A stretch of 64,000 bases of DNA from an uncultured Phycisphaerales bacterium. GTDB taxonomy: Bacteria; Planctomycetota; Phycisphaerae; Phycisphaerales; UBA1924. The position numbers and the translations under genes were made by a program. Each line of letters opens with the position of its first letter. The stretch's first letter is position 1. Of the stretch, positions 44,166 to 54,039 are shown piece by piece. The notes under the pieces were generated by a model, which did not search any database, was not told the DNA's origin, and was given only the letters and a program-made list of their open reading frames with translations. The stretch lies in the NCBI GenBank assembly GCA_965652365.1, contig CBFGUD010000005.1, positions 22,136 to 86,135 on the forward strand, read 5' to 3'.

Positions 44166-44909
44166 ATGCCCCGCACGACCATGTTTCTCCCCGCATCGAT
44201 CCTGATCGGCGCCGCAATCCTCGGCGGGTCGATCCTCTCCACCAGCGCCGACGCGACCCGGACCAACAACGCCGCCCAGGGCGACATCGGGCTCGTCGAC
44301 GTCTACGACATCGTCGACATCGTCATCATGGGCGAGGAGAAGACCGCGGAACGCAACGAGTTCGAAGCGCAGGGCGCATCGCGCGTCCAGCCCATCGAGA
44401 ACCAGCTCATGCAGCTCCAGTCCCAGATCCAGACCGCGGACCCCAACGCCCAGGCGACCCAGCAGCTCTACAGCCAGTACCAGCAGCTCTCGCAGATGCT
44501 CAACCAGACCACCAACCAGATCAACCAGGACTACCAGCGCATGCTCGCGGGTCAGATCGCCGACGCGTACGTCATGGTCCACGACGCCGTCAACGAGGTC
44601 GCGCAGGAGCAGGGGTACACCTTCGTCTTCGCGACGCGCCGCGACACCGACCTCGTCCAGGTCAACTCGCTCACCGGGGTCACCCAGGAGATCCTCGCGC
44701 GCCCGCTCGTCACCCCCGCCGAGTCCGTCGACCTGACCGAAGCCGTCCGCACGCACATGGGGCTCCCCACCCTCGAGGAGGTCATGGCGCGGATCGAAGC
44801 CGAAGAAGCCGCGGCCGCCGCCGAAGCCCAGGGCCAGACCGACCCCGAGAACACGCAGACCCCCGCCGACGACAACGCCGAGCAGCCCGCGGACGACTCC
44901 GAAGAATAA
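44166..44909 (+). CDS. OmpH/Skp-like periplasmic chaperone
   Basis: Signal peptide (MFLPASILIGAAILGGSILSTSADA) and a long Gln-rich coiled coil (..QLMQLQSQIQ..QQLYSQYQQLSQMLNQ..) flanked by short beta segments. Confidence 0.65.
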   Translation: MPRTTMFLPASILIGAAILGGSILSTSADATRTNNAAQGDIGLVDVYDIVDIVIMGEEKTAERNEFEAQGASRVQPIENQLMQLQSQIQTADPNAQATQQLYSQYQQLSQMLNQTTNQINQDYQRMLAGQIADAYVMVHDAVNEVAQEQGYTFVFATRRDTDLVQVNSLTGVTQEILARPLVTPAESVDLTEAVRTHMGLPTLEEVMARIEAEEAAAAAEAQGQTDPENTQTPADDNAEQPADDSEE

Positions 44910-44918
44910 GACCCGCGA

Positions 44919-46355
44919 TCAATCGAAGCGATCACCGAACACCTCGAGCATGGGCCCGAGGTGTTTCTCATAGCGCTTCCAGCGCTGCTGGCTCGACGTG
45001 TACACGGGCTGACGCACCTGCCCGGCGCTCGCGGTGTGCACGGACGACTTGCTCTTGTGGTGCTCCAGGCACGCCCTGTCGAACCCGAGCCCGACATGAT
45101 CGAGCAGCGCCCGCACGTTGGGCTCCGGGTCCGCGGTCAGCGCCTCGTAGCTCGAATCGAGGATGTCCAGATCCAGCGCCTCGCGCCAGTGGTCCATCAC
45201 GCGCAGATAGCCGAGGTACTGCTGGGCGACCGCCTTGAGATCGTTCGCGTACCGCATCGCCGGGCCGAAACGCTGGAAGTAGATCGACAGGCACGTGTCG
45301 CGCGGGTCGCGCGTGCAGTTGATCACGTGCGCCCCGGGGAGCAGGAACGACGCGCCCCCGAGGAAGAAGTAGTTCTCGGGCATCTTGTCGATCACGCGCG
45401 CCGCGCGCGGGTCCCGGACCGTCTCGCGGAGCATCGCGTGGTACGCGCCCGCGGACTGCGCCACGAGCGCCGCGTCGAAGTCCGTCGCGCGCCTGTTCGT
45501 GCACAGGTCCCCGAGCTCCCCGCGCTCCCCGATCCCCTCCGCCTTCGGATGCGCCCCGAGGATCTGCTCGGTCAGTGTCGTGCCCGAGCGGGGCATCCCC
45601 ACCACGAGCACGACTCTTGACGCGTCCTGCTCGGCGCGCGGGGCCTTCGCGATGTCGTCCTTGGTCCACATCGAGAGAAACCCCTCGAAGTCCGCCGATT
45701 CGCCGGCCGCCGTCATCTTGTTCCCCGCGTCGAACGCCCTGAACGCGTCGTCGTACTCCCCCACCGAGTCGAGCAGGTGCCCGAGCGAGAAGTACAGCTC
45801 CGTCCGCATCGGGCGCACGAGCCTGGGGTCGTCGAGCGTGGCGCGGATCATGTCGATCGCCGGGCCTTGCCGCTTGAGCTCGCGCGCCAGGTTCCCGTAG
45901 ATGATCTGGATCGTGGGGTCCCGGTTGTGCTCGAGCATCTCCTCGACGAACGCCATCGCCTTGTCGCTCTGCCCGCGCGACTGGAGCAACCGCCCCTTGA
46001 GCGCCACGGCCCGAGGGTACCCGGGGTGGTCCTTGAGCACCTTGTCGAGCGCCCGGTGCGCCTCCCCGAGCCGGTCCATCCGGCGCAGCCCCATCGACAT
46101 GTCGCACCACACGTCCGGGTCGCTCGGGTTGAGCTTCGACGAGAGCTCGAGATGACGGATCCCCTCGGGGGTCTTGTCCACGAGCACCAGCGCGTACCCG
46201 AGCATCCGCAGGAGCAGCGCGTTGCGGGGCTCGCGCTCCACCGCCTCGCGCAGGAGGGGGATCGCCGTGTCGTACTGGCTCGCGTCCAGGAGCGCCCTGG
46301 CGCTCTGGATGGTCTTGGCCTGGGTCGTCATCACACCTGGGTTGAAGGCGCTCAT
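44919..46355 (-). CDS. TPR-repeat sulfotransferase (paralog 1)
   Basis: N-terminal TPRs. PAPS 5'-PSB loop GMPRSGTTLTEQ and 3'-PB region CTRDPRDTCLS. ATG at 46355 overlaps the stop of paralog 2 (ATGA). The listed 762-aa ORF is an artefactual extension. Confidence 0.8.
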   Translation of the reverse strand: MSAFNPGVMTTQAKTIQSARALLDASQYDTAIPLLREAVEREPRNALLLRMLGYALVLVDKTPEGIRHLELSSKLNPSDPDVWCDMSMGLRRMDRLGEAHRALDKVLKDHPGYPRAVALKGRLLQSRGQSDKAMAFVEEMLEHNRDPTIQIIYGNLARELKRQGPAIDMIRATLDDPRLVRPMRTELYFSLGHLLDSVGEYDDAFRAFDAGNKMTAAGESADFEGFLSMWTKDDIAKAPRAEQDASRVVLVVGMPRSGTTLTEQILGAHPKAEGIGERGELGDLCTNRRATDFDAALVAQSAGAYHAMLRETVRDPRAARVIDKMPENYFFLGGASFLLPGAHVINCTRDPRDTCLSIYFQRFGPAMRYANDLKAVAQQYLGYLRVMDHWREALDLDILDSSYEALTADPEPNVRALLDHVGLGFDRACLEHHKSKSSVHTASAGQVRQPVYTSSQQRWKRYEKHLGPMLEVFGDRFD

Positions 46356-47812
46356 GTGGTCACTCCCGGGAAACTCGTCGTCGCGTGCACGCCATCGGCG
46401 TATTCGCCCAGCGCGTCCAGCAGCGGCCCGAGATGCTTCTCGTACCGCTTCCACCGCGCCGTGCTCGTCGTGTAGATCGGTTTGCGGACCTGGGTCGAGC
46501 TCGCGGTCCGCACGTGGTCCTTCGATTCGTGGAACCTCAGGCACGCCTCGTCGAACTCGAGCCCGAGGAACGCGATCAGGCGCCGCGTGTGCGTGTCCGG
46601 GTCCTCCACGAACTCCTCGTACACACTCACGCACACGGGGTTGTCGATGATCGAGAACCAGTAGTCCATCATCTCCCGGTGCGCCGCGTACTGCTTCCCG
46701 AGCGTGACCAGGTCCCGCGAGTAGGGCACGTTCTTCCCGAAGTTCTGCGTGAACGCGCTCAGGCAGCAATCCCTCGGATCGCGCAGCGCGTGGATCACCC
46801 GCGCCCCCGGGAGCGCCCGGGAGATGAACCCGAGCGACTTCTCCGTGCCCATGTGCTTGTCCACCACGCGCTCGGGGCCGTTTCCGACCTGGGACTCGAT
46901 GTGATCGAGGTACTCCCGCGCGTACTCGTCGATCCGCGATCGGTCCAGGTTCGACACGAGCGTGCGCGTGCTCATCTGCACGAGCAGCGGGCACTCCCCC
47001 ACCCCCGCGCCCTTGGGGTGCGCGTGGATGACGCGCTCGGTGAGCGTCGTCCCGGACCTCGGGACCCCCGCGATGATGACGGGGCGATCGTCGCGCTCGC
47101 TCGCGAACGGGACCGTTCCGAGCGCCTCCCTCGACCACGCGCTCTTGATCGACTCGGGGTGGATCGGCTTGCCCGGGTTGTGCCCCGCGTTCGCCTGCGC
47201 GAAGCATTCGAACGCGTCGTCGTAGCGCTCCATCGCGTCGTAGATATGCCCGAGCTCGAAGCGCGCCGATCGCCGATGACGCTCGAGGGTCTCGGGGTCG
47301 CCCAGCATCGCGTGCAGCTCGTCGATCGCGGCCCCGTAGTCCTTGGTCGCGCGCGCCACCTTCGCGCGGGCAAAACGCATCAAGGCATGTGGATGCTCCG
47401 CCGCCTCAACCCGATCGAGCACCGCCCTGGCGAGCTCCACGTCCCCCGTGTTAACGTGCTTGGACACGAGCGCCAGCGCCGCCGCCCCGCTCGTCGGATC
47501 GCGCGCGATCACCTTCTCGAGCGTCGCGATCGCGCCCTCCGAATCGCCCATCGCCGCCTGCGCTTCTGACAGCAGCACGTGCGTGTCCGTGTGGTTCGGC
47601 CTCTTCCGAGCCGCGTCGCGGAGGGTCTCGATCGCCTGGGCGACGTACCCGGCCGCGAGCTCGACCTGCCCCACCCGCGTCAGGAGGCGCTCGTTCCGCT
47701 TGTCCATCGACAGCGCCTTGCGGTATAGAAGCAGCGCCGAGCCGAGGTTCTCGCGCTCGAGCGCGTCGTGCGCCTGCCGGATGGTGCGTTCGAGTTTGGA
47801 CGAGCCCGCCAT
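46352..47812 (-). CDS. TPR-repeat sulfotransferase (paralog 2)
   Basis: GVPRSGTTLTER and ALRDPRDCCLS motifs. ATG at 47812 is preceded by GAGG and aligns with the paralog N-termini. The longest ORF starts at 47899. Confidence 0.8.
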   Translation of the reverse strand: MAGSSKLERTIRQAHDALERENLGSALLLYRKALSMDKRNERLLTRVGQVELAAGYVAQAIETLRDAARKRPNHTDTHVLLSEAQAAMGDSEGAIATLEKVIARDPTSGAAALALVSKHVNTGDVELARAVLDRVEAAEHPHALMRFARAKVARATKDYGAAIDELHAMLGDPETLERHRRSARFELGHIYDAMERYDDAFECFAQANAGHNPGKPIHPESIKSAWSREALGTVPFASERDDRPVIIAGVPRSGTTLTERVIHAHPKGAGVGECPLLVQMSTRTLVSNLDRSRIDEYAREYLDHIESQVGNGPERVVDKHMGTEKSLGFISRALPGARVIHALRDPRDCCLSAFTQNFGKNVPYSRDLVTLGKQYAAHREMMDYWFSIIDNPVCVSVYEEFVEDPDTHTRRLIAFLGLEFDEACLRFHESKDHVRTASSTQVRKPIYTTSTARWKRYEKHLGPLLDALGEYADGVHATTSFPGVTT

Positions 47813-47970
47813 ACGGATCCTCTCTCGGTCAATCATCGCGTTCGATCGAGCCAGACCCCGCTCGATCAACGCCCCGAACGGCGCTCGTTTCCGCGGCATC
47901 CGCTCCGGACCCGCTCCAGACCGTCCGCGGAGGGCGTTGCATAGAATCCCCGCCGATCACGGAGCGCCCT

Positions 47971-49635
47971 GTGTCCACGACTTTCGACGTCCAACGATAT
48001 CTCATCCCCTTCCGCACAGGGCTCCTCCCCCAGATTTTCTGCAACACCCTCGTCCTCGGGTCCGGGGTCGCCGGGCTCCGCGCCGCGATCGCCGCCGCGC
48101 CCGCGGGAGACGTCATCGTCTGCACCAAGGACCGGATCGACAAGACCAACACCGCGTGGGCGCAGGGCGGGATCGCCGCCGTCCTGCGCGACGACGACAC
48201 CATCGACGCGCACATCGAGGACACCCTCGTCGCGGGCGCGGGGCTGTGCGACGAGCACGCCGTCGACCTGGTGTGCCGACAGGGCCCGTCGCGCGTACGC
48301 GAGCTCATCGATTGGGGCGTCGGGTTCGACGAGTGCGGCGACCACCTGTGCGTGGGGCGCGAGGGCGGGCACAACGCCGCCCGCATCTACCACGCCGGGG
48401 GCGACGCCACCGGACGCGCGATCCAGGACACCCTCCAGCGACGCGCCCGGATGGACGACTCCATCCGCGTCTTCGACCACTGCTTCGTCATCGACCTCCT
48501 CACCCCATCCGACCACGAGGGCGCGCCCGTCCTGGGCGCCATCACCTGGCACGCGCGATACGGGCTCCAGGTCGTCTGGGCACGCACCACCATCGTCGCG
48601 TCGGGGGGCGCGGGGCAGATCTACCGCGAGACCTCCAATCCACGCATCGCGACCGGCGACGGCGTCGCGCTCGCGCACCGCGCCGGCGCCCGGCTCGCCG
48701 ACATGGAGTTCGTCCAGTTCCACCCCACAACCCTCTACGTCCCGGGCGCGCCCCGCGCGCTCATCTCCGAAGCCATGCGGGGCGAGGGCGCCCACCTCCT
48801 CGACGACCACGGCGCCCGCTTCATGGTCGACGAGCACGAACTCGCCGAGCTCGCGCCGCGCGACGTCGTCTCCCGCGCCATCGTCAAACAACTCGCCCGC
48901 TCGGGCGCCACCCACGTCTGGCTCGACTGCACCCACATCGACGGGCTCAAGGAACGATTCCCCGGGATCTGCGCCATGCTCGCCTCCTTCGGGTTCGACC
49001 CGAGCACGGACCGCATCCCCGTCCACCCCGCCGCCCACTACACGATCGGCGGGATCGAGACCGATCTCCACGCCCGATCGAGCGTCCCCAACCTCTACGC
49101 GATCGGGGAAGCATCGTGCACCGGGCTCAACGGCGCGAACCGCCTCGCGTCCAACTCCCTCCTCGAAGGGCTCGTCATGGGCGCGATCGCCGGCACCCAG
49201 GCGCGCGAACGCGCCGCGCAAGGACCCCAGACCCCCGTCCCCATCGTCTCCTCCATCGCGCCCAGCACCCACGCCGAGCTCGACCTCGGGGACGTCCGGT
49301 CCTCCCTCCGCTCCACCATGTGGTACAACGCCGGGATCGTGCGCACGACCACGCGCCTGCGCGACGCGCTCGATATGTTCGAGATCTGGGGGCGCTACAC
49401 CCTCGACAAGGTCTTCGAGACCCCCGAGGGGTGGGAGGTCCAGAACATGCTCCTCGTCGCGCGCCTCGTCACCCGCGCCGCGCACGCCCGACCACGCTCC
49501 GTGGGCACACACCGGCTCCGCGGCGAAGACCCCGACGCCGCACCCACGCCGCGACAGTCCTGGTCCCGCTTCAGCGAACACCCCGCCCCCATCACGCGCG
49601 AACCGAGCCAATCCGCACGCGTATCGGACGCGTGA
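47971..49635 (+). CDS. nadB: L-aspartate oxidase
   Basis: FAD-binding VLGSGVAGLRAA, HYTIGGI, and a succinate dehydrogenase/fumarate reductase-type flavoprotein fold. 554 aa, GTG start. Confidence 0.95.
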   Translation: MSTTFDVQRYLIPFRTGLLPQIFCNTLVLGSGVAGLRAAIAAAPAGDVIVCTKDRIDKTNTAWAQGGIAAVLRDDDTIDAHIEDTLVAGAGLCDEHAVDLVCRQGPSRVRELIDWGVGFDECGDHLCVGREGGHNAARIYHAGGDATGRAIQDTLQRRARMDDSIRVFDHCFVIDLLTPSDHEGAPVLGAITWHARYGLQVVWARTTIVASGGAGQIYRETSNPRIATGDGVALAHRAGARLADMEFVQFHPTTLYVPGAPRALISEAMRGEGAHLLDDHGARFMVDEHELAELAPRDVVSRAIVKQLARSGATHVWLDCTHIDGLKERFPGICAMLASFGFDPSTDRIPVHPAAHYTIGGIETDLHARSSVPNLYAIGEASCTGLNGANRLASNSLLEGLVMGAIAGTQARERAAQGPQTPVPIVSSIAPSTHAELDLGDVRSSLRSTMWYNAGIVRTTTRLRDALDMFEIWGRYTLDKVFETPEGWEVQNMLLVARLVTRAAHARPRSVGTHRLRGEDPDAAPTPRQSWSRFSEHPAPITREPSQSARVSDA

Positions 49636-50213
49636 TGCCCCGCACCCCGCTCGCGATCATCCTCCTCGTGCTCGCCCCCGCGCTCCTGTGCGCCGGGTGC
49701 ACCTACCAGCGCGAGATCCGTCGCAACAGCGTCCTGAGCAAGCTCCAGGAAGCGCAGGAGGGACGCCTCCAGCCCGTCGAACCCCGCACCGTCCACCCCG
49801 TCTTCGCGCTCCCCCAGGGGAGCATCCGCGTCGAGGACGAGGAGGGCAACATCACCCTCTACGCCAAATCGGTCCGCCACCTCATGGACCACATCATCTC
49901 CACCATCGAGAACGACGAACGCGACCTCTTCGTCGAGCAGGTCCTCTCCACGATCACGCGCGAGGAGTTCGAGGAGCGCGGGCTCGACCCCGGGCTCGCG
50001 TTCGACGAGCTCAAGGCGCGCCGGCGCGACGTCTACCGCGTCTTCCACTTCATGCCCTTCGGCGAGGGCACCCCCGGGATCTACCTCGAGCCCATCGACC
50101 AGAACATCTTCCGTCTCGCCGTCTCACGCTCCGGGCACAGGGACCTCCACTGGATCGGGATCGACATCGTCTTCGAAAGCGGGAACTACAAGCTCCGCTG
50201 GTTCGTGCGATGA
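49635..50213 (+). CDS. putative lipoprotein, function unknown
   Basis: ATG overlaps the nadB stop (TGATG). MPRTPLAIILLVLAPALLCAGC lipobox. Only the last 192 codons of the listed 956-aa ORF are credible. Confidence 0.6.
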   Translation: MPRTPLAIILLVLAPALLCAGCTYQREIRRNSVLSKLQEAQEGRLQPVEPRTVHPVFALPQGSIRVEDEEGNITLYAKSVRHLMDHIISTIENDERDLFVEQVLSTITREEFEERGLDPGLAFDELKARRRDVYRVFHFMPFGEGTPGIYLEPIDQNIFRLAVSRSGHRDLHWIGIDIVFESGNYKLRWFVR

Positions 50214-50247
50214 GCCACACCGCGACCGCACGCACCTACGATCCACC

Positions 50248-50865
50248 ATGACCCAGACCACCCCCGCCGTCACCCCCGAGCCCCGCTCGACCTACGAGAA
50301 CCTCGACACCCAGACCCTCGTGTCACGCATGCGCGTCGGGGTCGAGTGGTTCGACCCCCGCGTCTTCGAACTCCCCCAGGAGGACCTCGACCGCGCCTGG
50401 CTCCCCGAGTCCGGCGTCGGCACCTGGCCCGTCCGCGTCCTCCTCGGGCACCTCGCCGACACCGAGATGCTCTTCGCGACCCGCATCCGCTCGATCCTCG
50501 CGACCGACAACCCAGCCCTCCCCCTCTTCGACGAGCACGCGTACATCGACTCGGGGATCTACGGCTGCACCGAGGGCTCCCCCATCGTCCCCCCCATCGG
50601 AGGCGACGTCGCCATGATCCACACCACCCGATCCTGGCTCGTCGCGCTCCTCTTCCAGCTCACCGACGACCAATGGTCACGCCGCGGGCTCCACCCCGAG
50701 AAGGGCCCCGTCTCCGTCCGCGATATCGCCAACGGCGCCTGCTGGCACCTCGAACACCACGCGATGTTCCTCAACGCGAAGATCGAATCGCTCCTGGGAC
50801 CCATGCCCGAGCCCGAAGCATGCGACGACGCCGGCTGCGGCAAGCCCGGGTGCGCCTGCCGCTGA
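50248..50865 (+). CDS. DinB-superfamily (DinB_2-like) four-helix-bundle protein
   Basis: His-rich metal-site pattern LLGHLADTE .. and .. WHLEHHAMFL. Cys-rich tail ACDDAGCGKPGCACR. Confidence 0.6.
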   Translation: MTQTTPAVTPEPRSTYENLDTQTLVSRMRVGVEWFDPRVFELPQEDLDRAWLPESGVGTWPVRVLLGHLADTEMLFATRIRSILATDNPALPLFDEHAYIDSGIYGCTEGSPIVPPIGGDVAMIHTTRSWLVALLFQLTDDQWSRRGLHPEKGPVSVRDIANGACWHLEHHAMFLNAKIESLLGPMPEPEACDDAGCGKPGCACR

Positions 50866-50877
50866 TCGCCCCGCCCA

Positions 50878-52410
50878 TCACGCCCCGAAGAACTCGCGCA
50901 CACCCTTGATGTGCCCCGCGTACGCGTCCGGGTGCGACCCCGGGCCCCGCGACGGGGTGGGCTCGAGCCCATCGATCACGCCGTCCGGACACTCGAACCC
51001 GAACGCATCGCAGATCGCCCTGAGCGTGCCCTTCGGATCATTCGCGATGTCGTCGTGGTTCACATCGATCACCCGCGCCCCGACCGGATCGCCCACGAGC
51101 GTGTCGCGCCAATGGTCCATCATCCGGTCCATGTCGCGCACGTACGACGCCGTCGCGATCGGGTCGTTCGCGTAGGGGTGGTTGCCCGGGAGCTCGTCGC
51201 ACAGCAGCGCGAGCGTGTGCGCCACGGGCTCGCGCCGGCAGTTGATCACGCACAGCCCCTCCATCGCCGCCGCCGCCAGACCGATCTGCCCGATGTTGTA
51301 CGGGTTGCGATCGAGCGTGATGTGCCCCGGACCCCGCGCCACCCGATCCGACTCCATCGCGTACCCCTGCGCCAGCGCGCGGAGCTGATCGCCGCGGATG
51401 ACCGTCGGGTCCGGAACGATCCCGCGGATCGGCCCGTTGACCGTCTTGAAGTTCCTCGAGATGAGCGCCCAGAGCGTCTCGATCGAGCCCATCGGACGCG
51501 CCTCGGGGAGCGCCGCGATCAGGTTCTCGCACAGCTCGATCCCCGAGCACGGGGTCCCGACGATCAGCACACGCCGCGCCCCGGGCCGTCCCTCCGGGCG
51601 CACCAGCTTCCCGATCGCGTCCGGGGTCCAGCGCTTGAGAACCGCGCTGGCGAGCTGCGCGTGCGCACCGGGCTCGAACCGCGAGCGCCGGAGTTTGCTC
51701 GCGCGCCGGTACGCGCGGAACGCGTCGTCGAAATCACCCTTCCGGTCCAGCACGTCGCCCAGCGCGCGCAGGATCGTCCCCAGGTCCCCCGCGGGGATCC
51801 CGACCTCCTCGCTCAGGGCCGTCAACCGCGCCGCGCAGCGCTCCAGGCGCGCGGGATCAGGCGCGTCCATCGACGACAGGATCCGCGCCTCGCTGACCGC
51901 GATCGGGAACTCCTCGAGCTTGCGCGCCGTCGCGTCGTCCAGGCGCGCCAGCGCCGCGTCCGTGTCGCCGCCCATCGCGTCGACCTCCGCCCGCGCGCCG
52001 ATCGCGTCGGCGCGGTCCGGGTCCATCTCGATCGCGCGGTCGATCTCCTCGCCCCCCGCTCCGGGCTGACCCAGACGACCGAGGCAGCGCCCGATCTCGC
52101 TCTGGAGACGGATGTACTGGTCCACGATCCGCGGGCGGTTCGGGTTCTCCTCGTCCCCCTCCTCGAGCGCCTTGAGCGTCTCGTCCGACGAACGCTTCAT
52201 GTCCACGATCGCCGCCCCGTACGCGCCCAGACGCGCCAGCACGTACCCGTGCAGCGCCAGGATGGGCGGGTCCTCGGGGAAGTACGAGCGCAGAAACCCC
52301 GTGCGCTGGGACGCGCCCCACACGTCGCCCGCCGCGAGCAGACGCTTGGCCTGCTCGAAAAACTCCTGCGGCGACTGCTTCGGAACCCTCTGGGACTGCT
52401 GCGGTTGCAT
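50878..52410 (-). CDS. TPR-repeat sulfotransferase-like protein with degenerate PAPS motifs (paralog 3)
   Basis: Colinear with paralogs 1, 2 and 4, but the loop reads GTPCSGIELCEN (not PRSGTT) and the 3' motif reads CRREPVAHTLA (not RDPRDxxxS). ATG at 52410; a TTG lies at 52428. Confidence 0.7.
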   Translation of the reverse strand: MQPQQSQRVPKQSPQEFFEQAKRLLAAGDVWGASQRTGFLRSYFPEDPPILALHGYVLARLGAYGAAIVDMKRSSDETLKALEEGDEENPNRPRIVDQYIRLQSEIGRCLGRLGQPGAGGEEIDRAIEMDPDRADAIGARAEVDAMGGDTDAALARLDDATARKLEEFPIAVSEARILSSMDAPDPARLERCAARLTALSEEVGIPAGDLGTILRALGDVLDRKGDFDDAFRAYRRASKLRRSRFEPGAHAQLASAVLKRWTPDAIGKLVRPEGRPGARRVLIVGTPCSGIELCENLIAALPEARPMGSIETLWALISRNFKTVNGPIRGIVPDPTVIRGDQLRALAQGYAMESDRVARGPGHITLDRNPYNIGQIGLAAAAMEGLCVINCRREPVAHTLALLCDELPGNHPYANDPIATASYVRDMDRMMDHWRDTLVGDPVGARVIDVNHDDIANDPKGTLRAICDAFGFECPDGVIDGLEPTPSRGPGSHPDAYAGHIKGVREFFGA

Positions 52411-52438
52411 CTCGTCTCGCCCTTTCAACGCTCGCGGA

Positions 52439-53980
52439 TCATCCGCCCGCGCTCACACGCTCGGACTCGGGGATCAAATCGCCCAGCGCCCGCTCCAGGG
52501 CGCCGATGTGACGAGCGTAGCGCTCATAGCGCTTCGTCGACGACGCATAGATCGGCTGACGCACCTGGTCGTTGCTCAGGGTCAACGCCACCCGACCCGA
52601 CTCGTGGAACCGCAGGCACGCCTCGTCGAACCCCAGCCCCACGAAGTCCAGCAGCGCCCGCGTCTTCGCCTCCTGGTCCGCGATCGTGTCCTCGTACACG
52701 TTCTCGAACACGGGCACCCCCACCCGCTCGTCCCGGAGCACCCCCTTGAAATGCTCGCAGATCTCGACATGGTGCCGGTAGTACAGCCCGCAGCTCTCCA
52801 GGTCGAACGAGTACATGTGCCCCGGGTTGAGCGCCTGGAAGAAACACGACAAGCAGTTGTCCCGGGGCTCGCGCGTGCACAGCACGATCCGCGCGTCGGG
52901 GAGGATCATCGAGATGAACCCCAGGTACCAGAAGTTCGTCGGCGCCTTGTCCGTGATCACCCGGATCCCCGGGTCCTTCCCCGCGAGCGCGAACGTCTCC
53001 TCCCGGTACACCCGCGCCGCCTCGCGCAGCTTGTTCGCGTCGTACGCGCCCGGGTCCGTCGAGAAGGGCAGGTTCGGATCGGCCGCGCACTGGCGGTACA
53101 ACTCCGTGATCAGCCCCAGCTCACCCGCGCCGAACCCCTCCGGGTGCGCGTCGATGATCTGCTCGGTCAGCGTCGTCCCCGAACGCGGCATCCCCATCAC
53201 GAACACCGGCGTCGGAGCCCCCTCCGGCACCGACACCCGCGTCGCGCCCGCGATCGACCCCGGGGTCCAGAGCCGGATCAGCTCCCTCGTGATCCCGCTC
53301 GTCGTCTCCTCGTTGTACGTCACGGGGATCAGCGCGTTCGACGCCGTGAACGCCTCGATCGCGTCGTCGTAGCGCTTCACCCGGTCATACAAATGACCCA
53401 GCGCGTTGAGCGCCTTGAACCAGTTCCCGCTCTCACGCTCGATCCGCTCGGCGCCCGTCTCGGCGCGCAGCCCCTCGATGAGCTCGATCGCCTCCCCCGC
53501 GCGCTCCGAGCGCAGCAGCGCCCGCCCGTAGATCGACGCGAGCGCCGCCGTCATCAGCCCCCGCGCCCGCGCTTCCTCCACCACCCCCACCGCCTCGTCC
53601 TTCCGGTCCTCGAGCAGGTACATGTGCCCGAGCCCCGAGTACAACGCCGCGACGTCGGGCTGACGCTCGATCTCGTCGCGCACCATCGCGATCGCCTCGT
53701 CCAGGTCCCCCGCCTGGGTCATCGCGTCCACCAGGGTGTTGATCACGATCACCCGGTGCGCCTTGTGGGTGATATGCCTCAGGGCGCTCCGCGCGATCCG
53801 CACCGCTTCCGCCGTCTTGTGCAGCCGCACCAGAATACTCACGTGCAGCGCCACGATCGGCGGAAAGTGCGGCTGCGCCCGGTACAGCTGCTTCGTGATC
53901 GTCAGCGCCGCCCGGTACTGCCCCTGCTCCGAGAACGCCCGCGCCTGGGCGAACGCGTCTTTCGTGCTCATCGTGGGCAT
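52439..53980 (-). CDS. TPR-repeat sulfotransferase (paralog 4)
   Basis: GMPRSGTTLTEQ and CTREPRDNCLS motifs. ATG at 53980 lies 8 nt after GGAG. Confidence 0.8.
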   Translation of the reverse strand: MPTMSTKDAFAQARAFSEQGQYRAALTITKQLYRAQPHFPPIVALHVSILVRLHKTAEAVRIARSALRHITHKAHRVIVINTLVDAMTQAGDLDEAIAMVRDEIERQPDVAALYSGLGHMYLLEDRKDEAVGVVEEARARGLMTAALASIYGRALLRSERAGEAIELIEGLRAETGAERIERESGNWFKALNALGHLYDRVKRYDDAIEAFTASNALIPVTYNEETTSGITRELIRLWTPGSIAGATRVSVPEGAPTPVFVMGMPRSGTTLTEQIIDAHPEGFGAGELGLITELYRQCAADPNLPFSTDPGAYDANKLREAARVYREETFALAGKDPGIRVITDKAPTNFWYLGFISMILPDARIVLCTREPRDNCLSCFFQALNPGHMYSFDLESCGLYYRHHVEICEHFKGVLRDERVGVPVFENVYEDTIADQEAKTRALLDFVGLGFDEACLRFHESGRVALTLSNDQVRQPIYASSTKRYERYARHIGALERALGDLIPESERVSAGG

Positions 53981-54039
53981 TCCCGGCTCCTTCCAGATCC
54001 CCCGCTCCATCGTCTCAGACAGGGGATAACCTTATCCCG

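Noticed and set aside
47343-49634. Upstream 764 codons of the 956-aa plus-strand ORF
   Set aside because: This part overlaps nadB in another frame and lies antisense to sulfotransferase 2. Only the last 192 codons (from the ATG at 49635, with a lipoprotein signal) look real.
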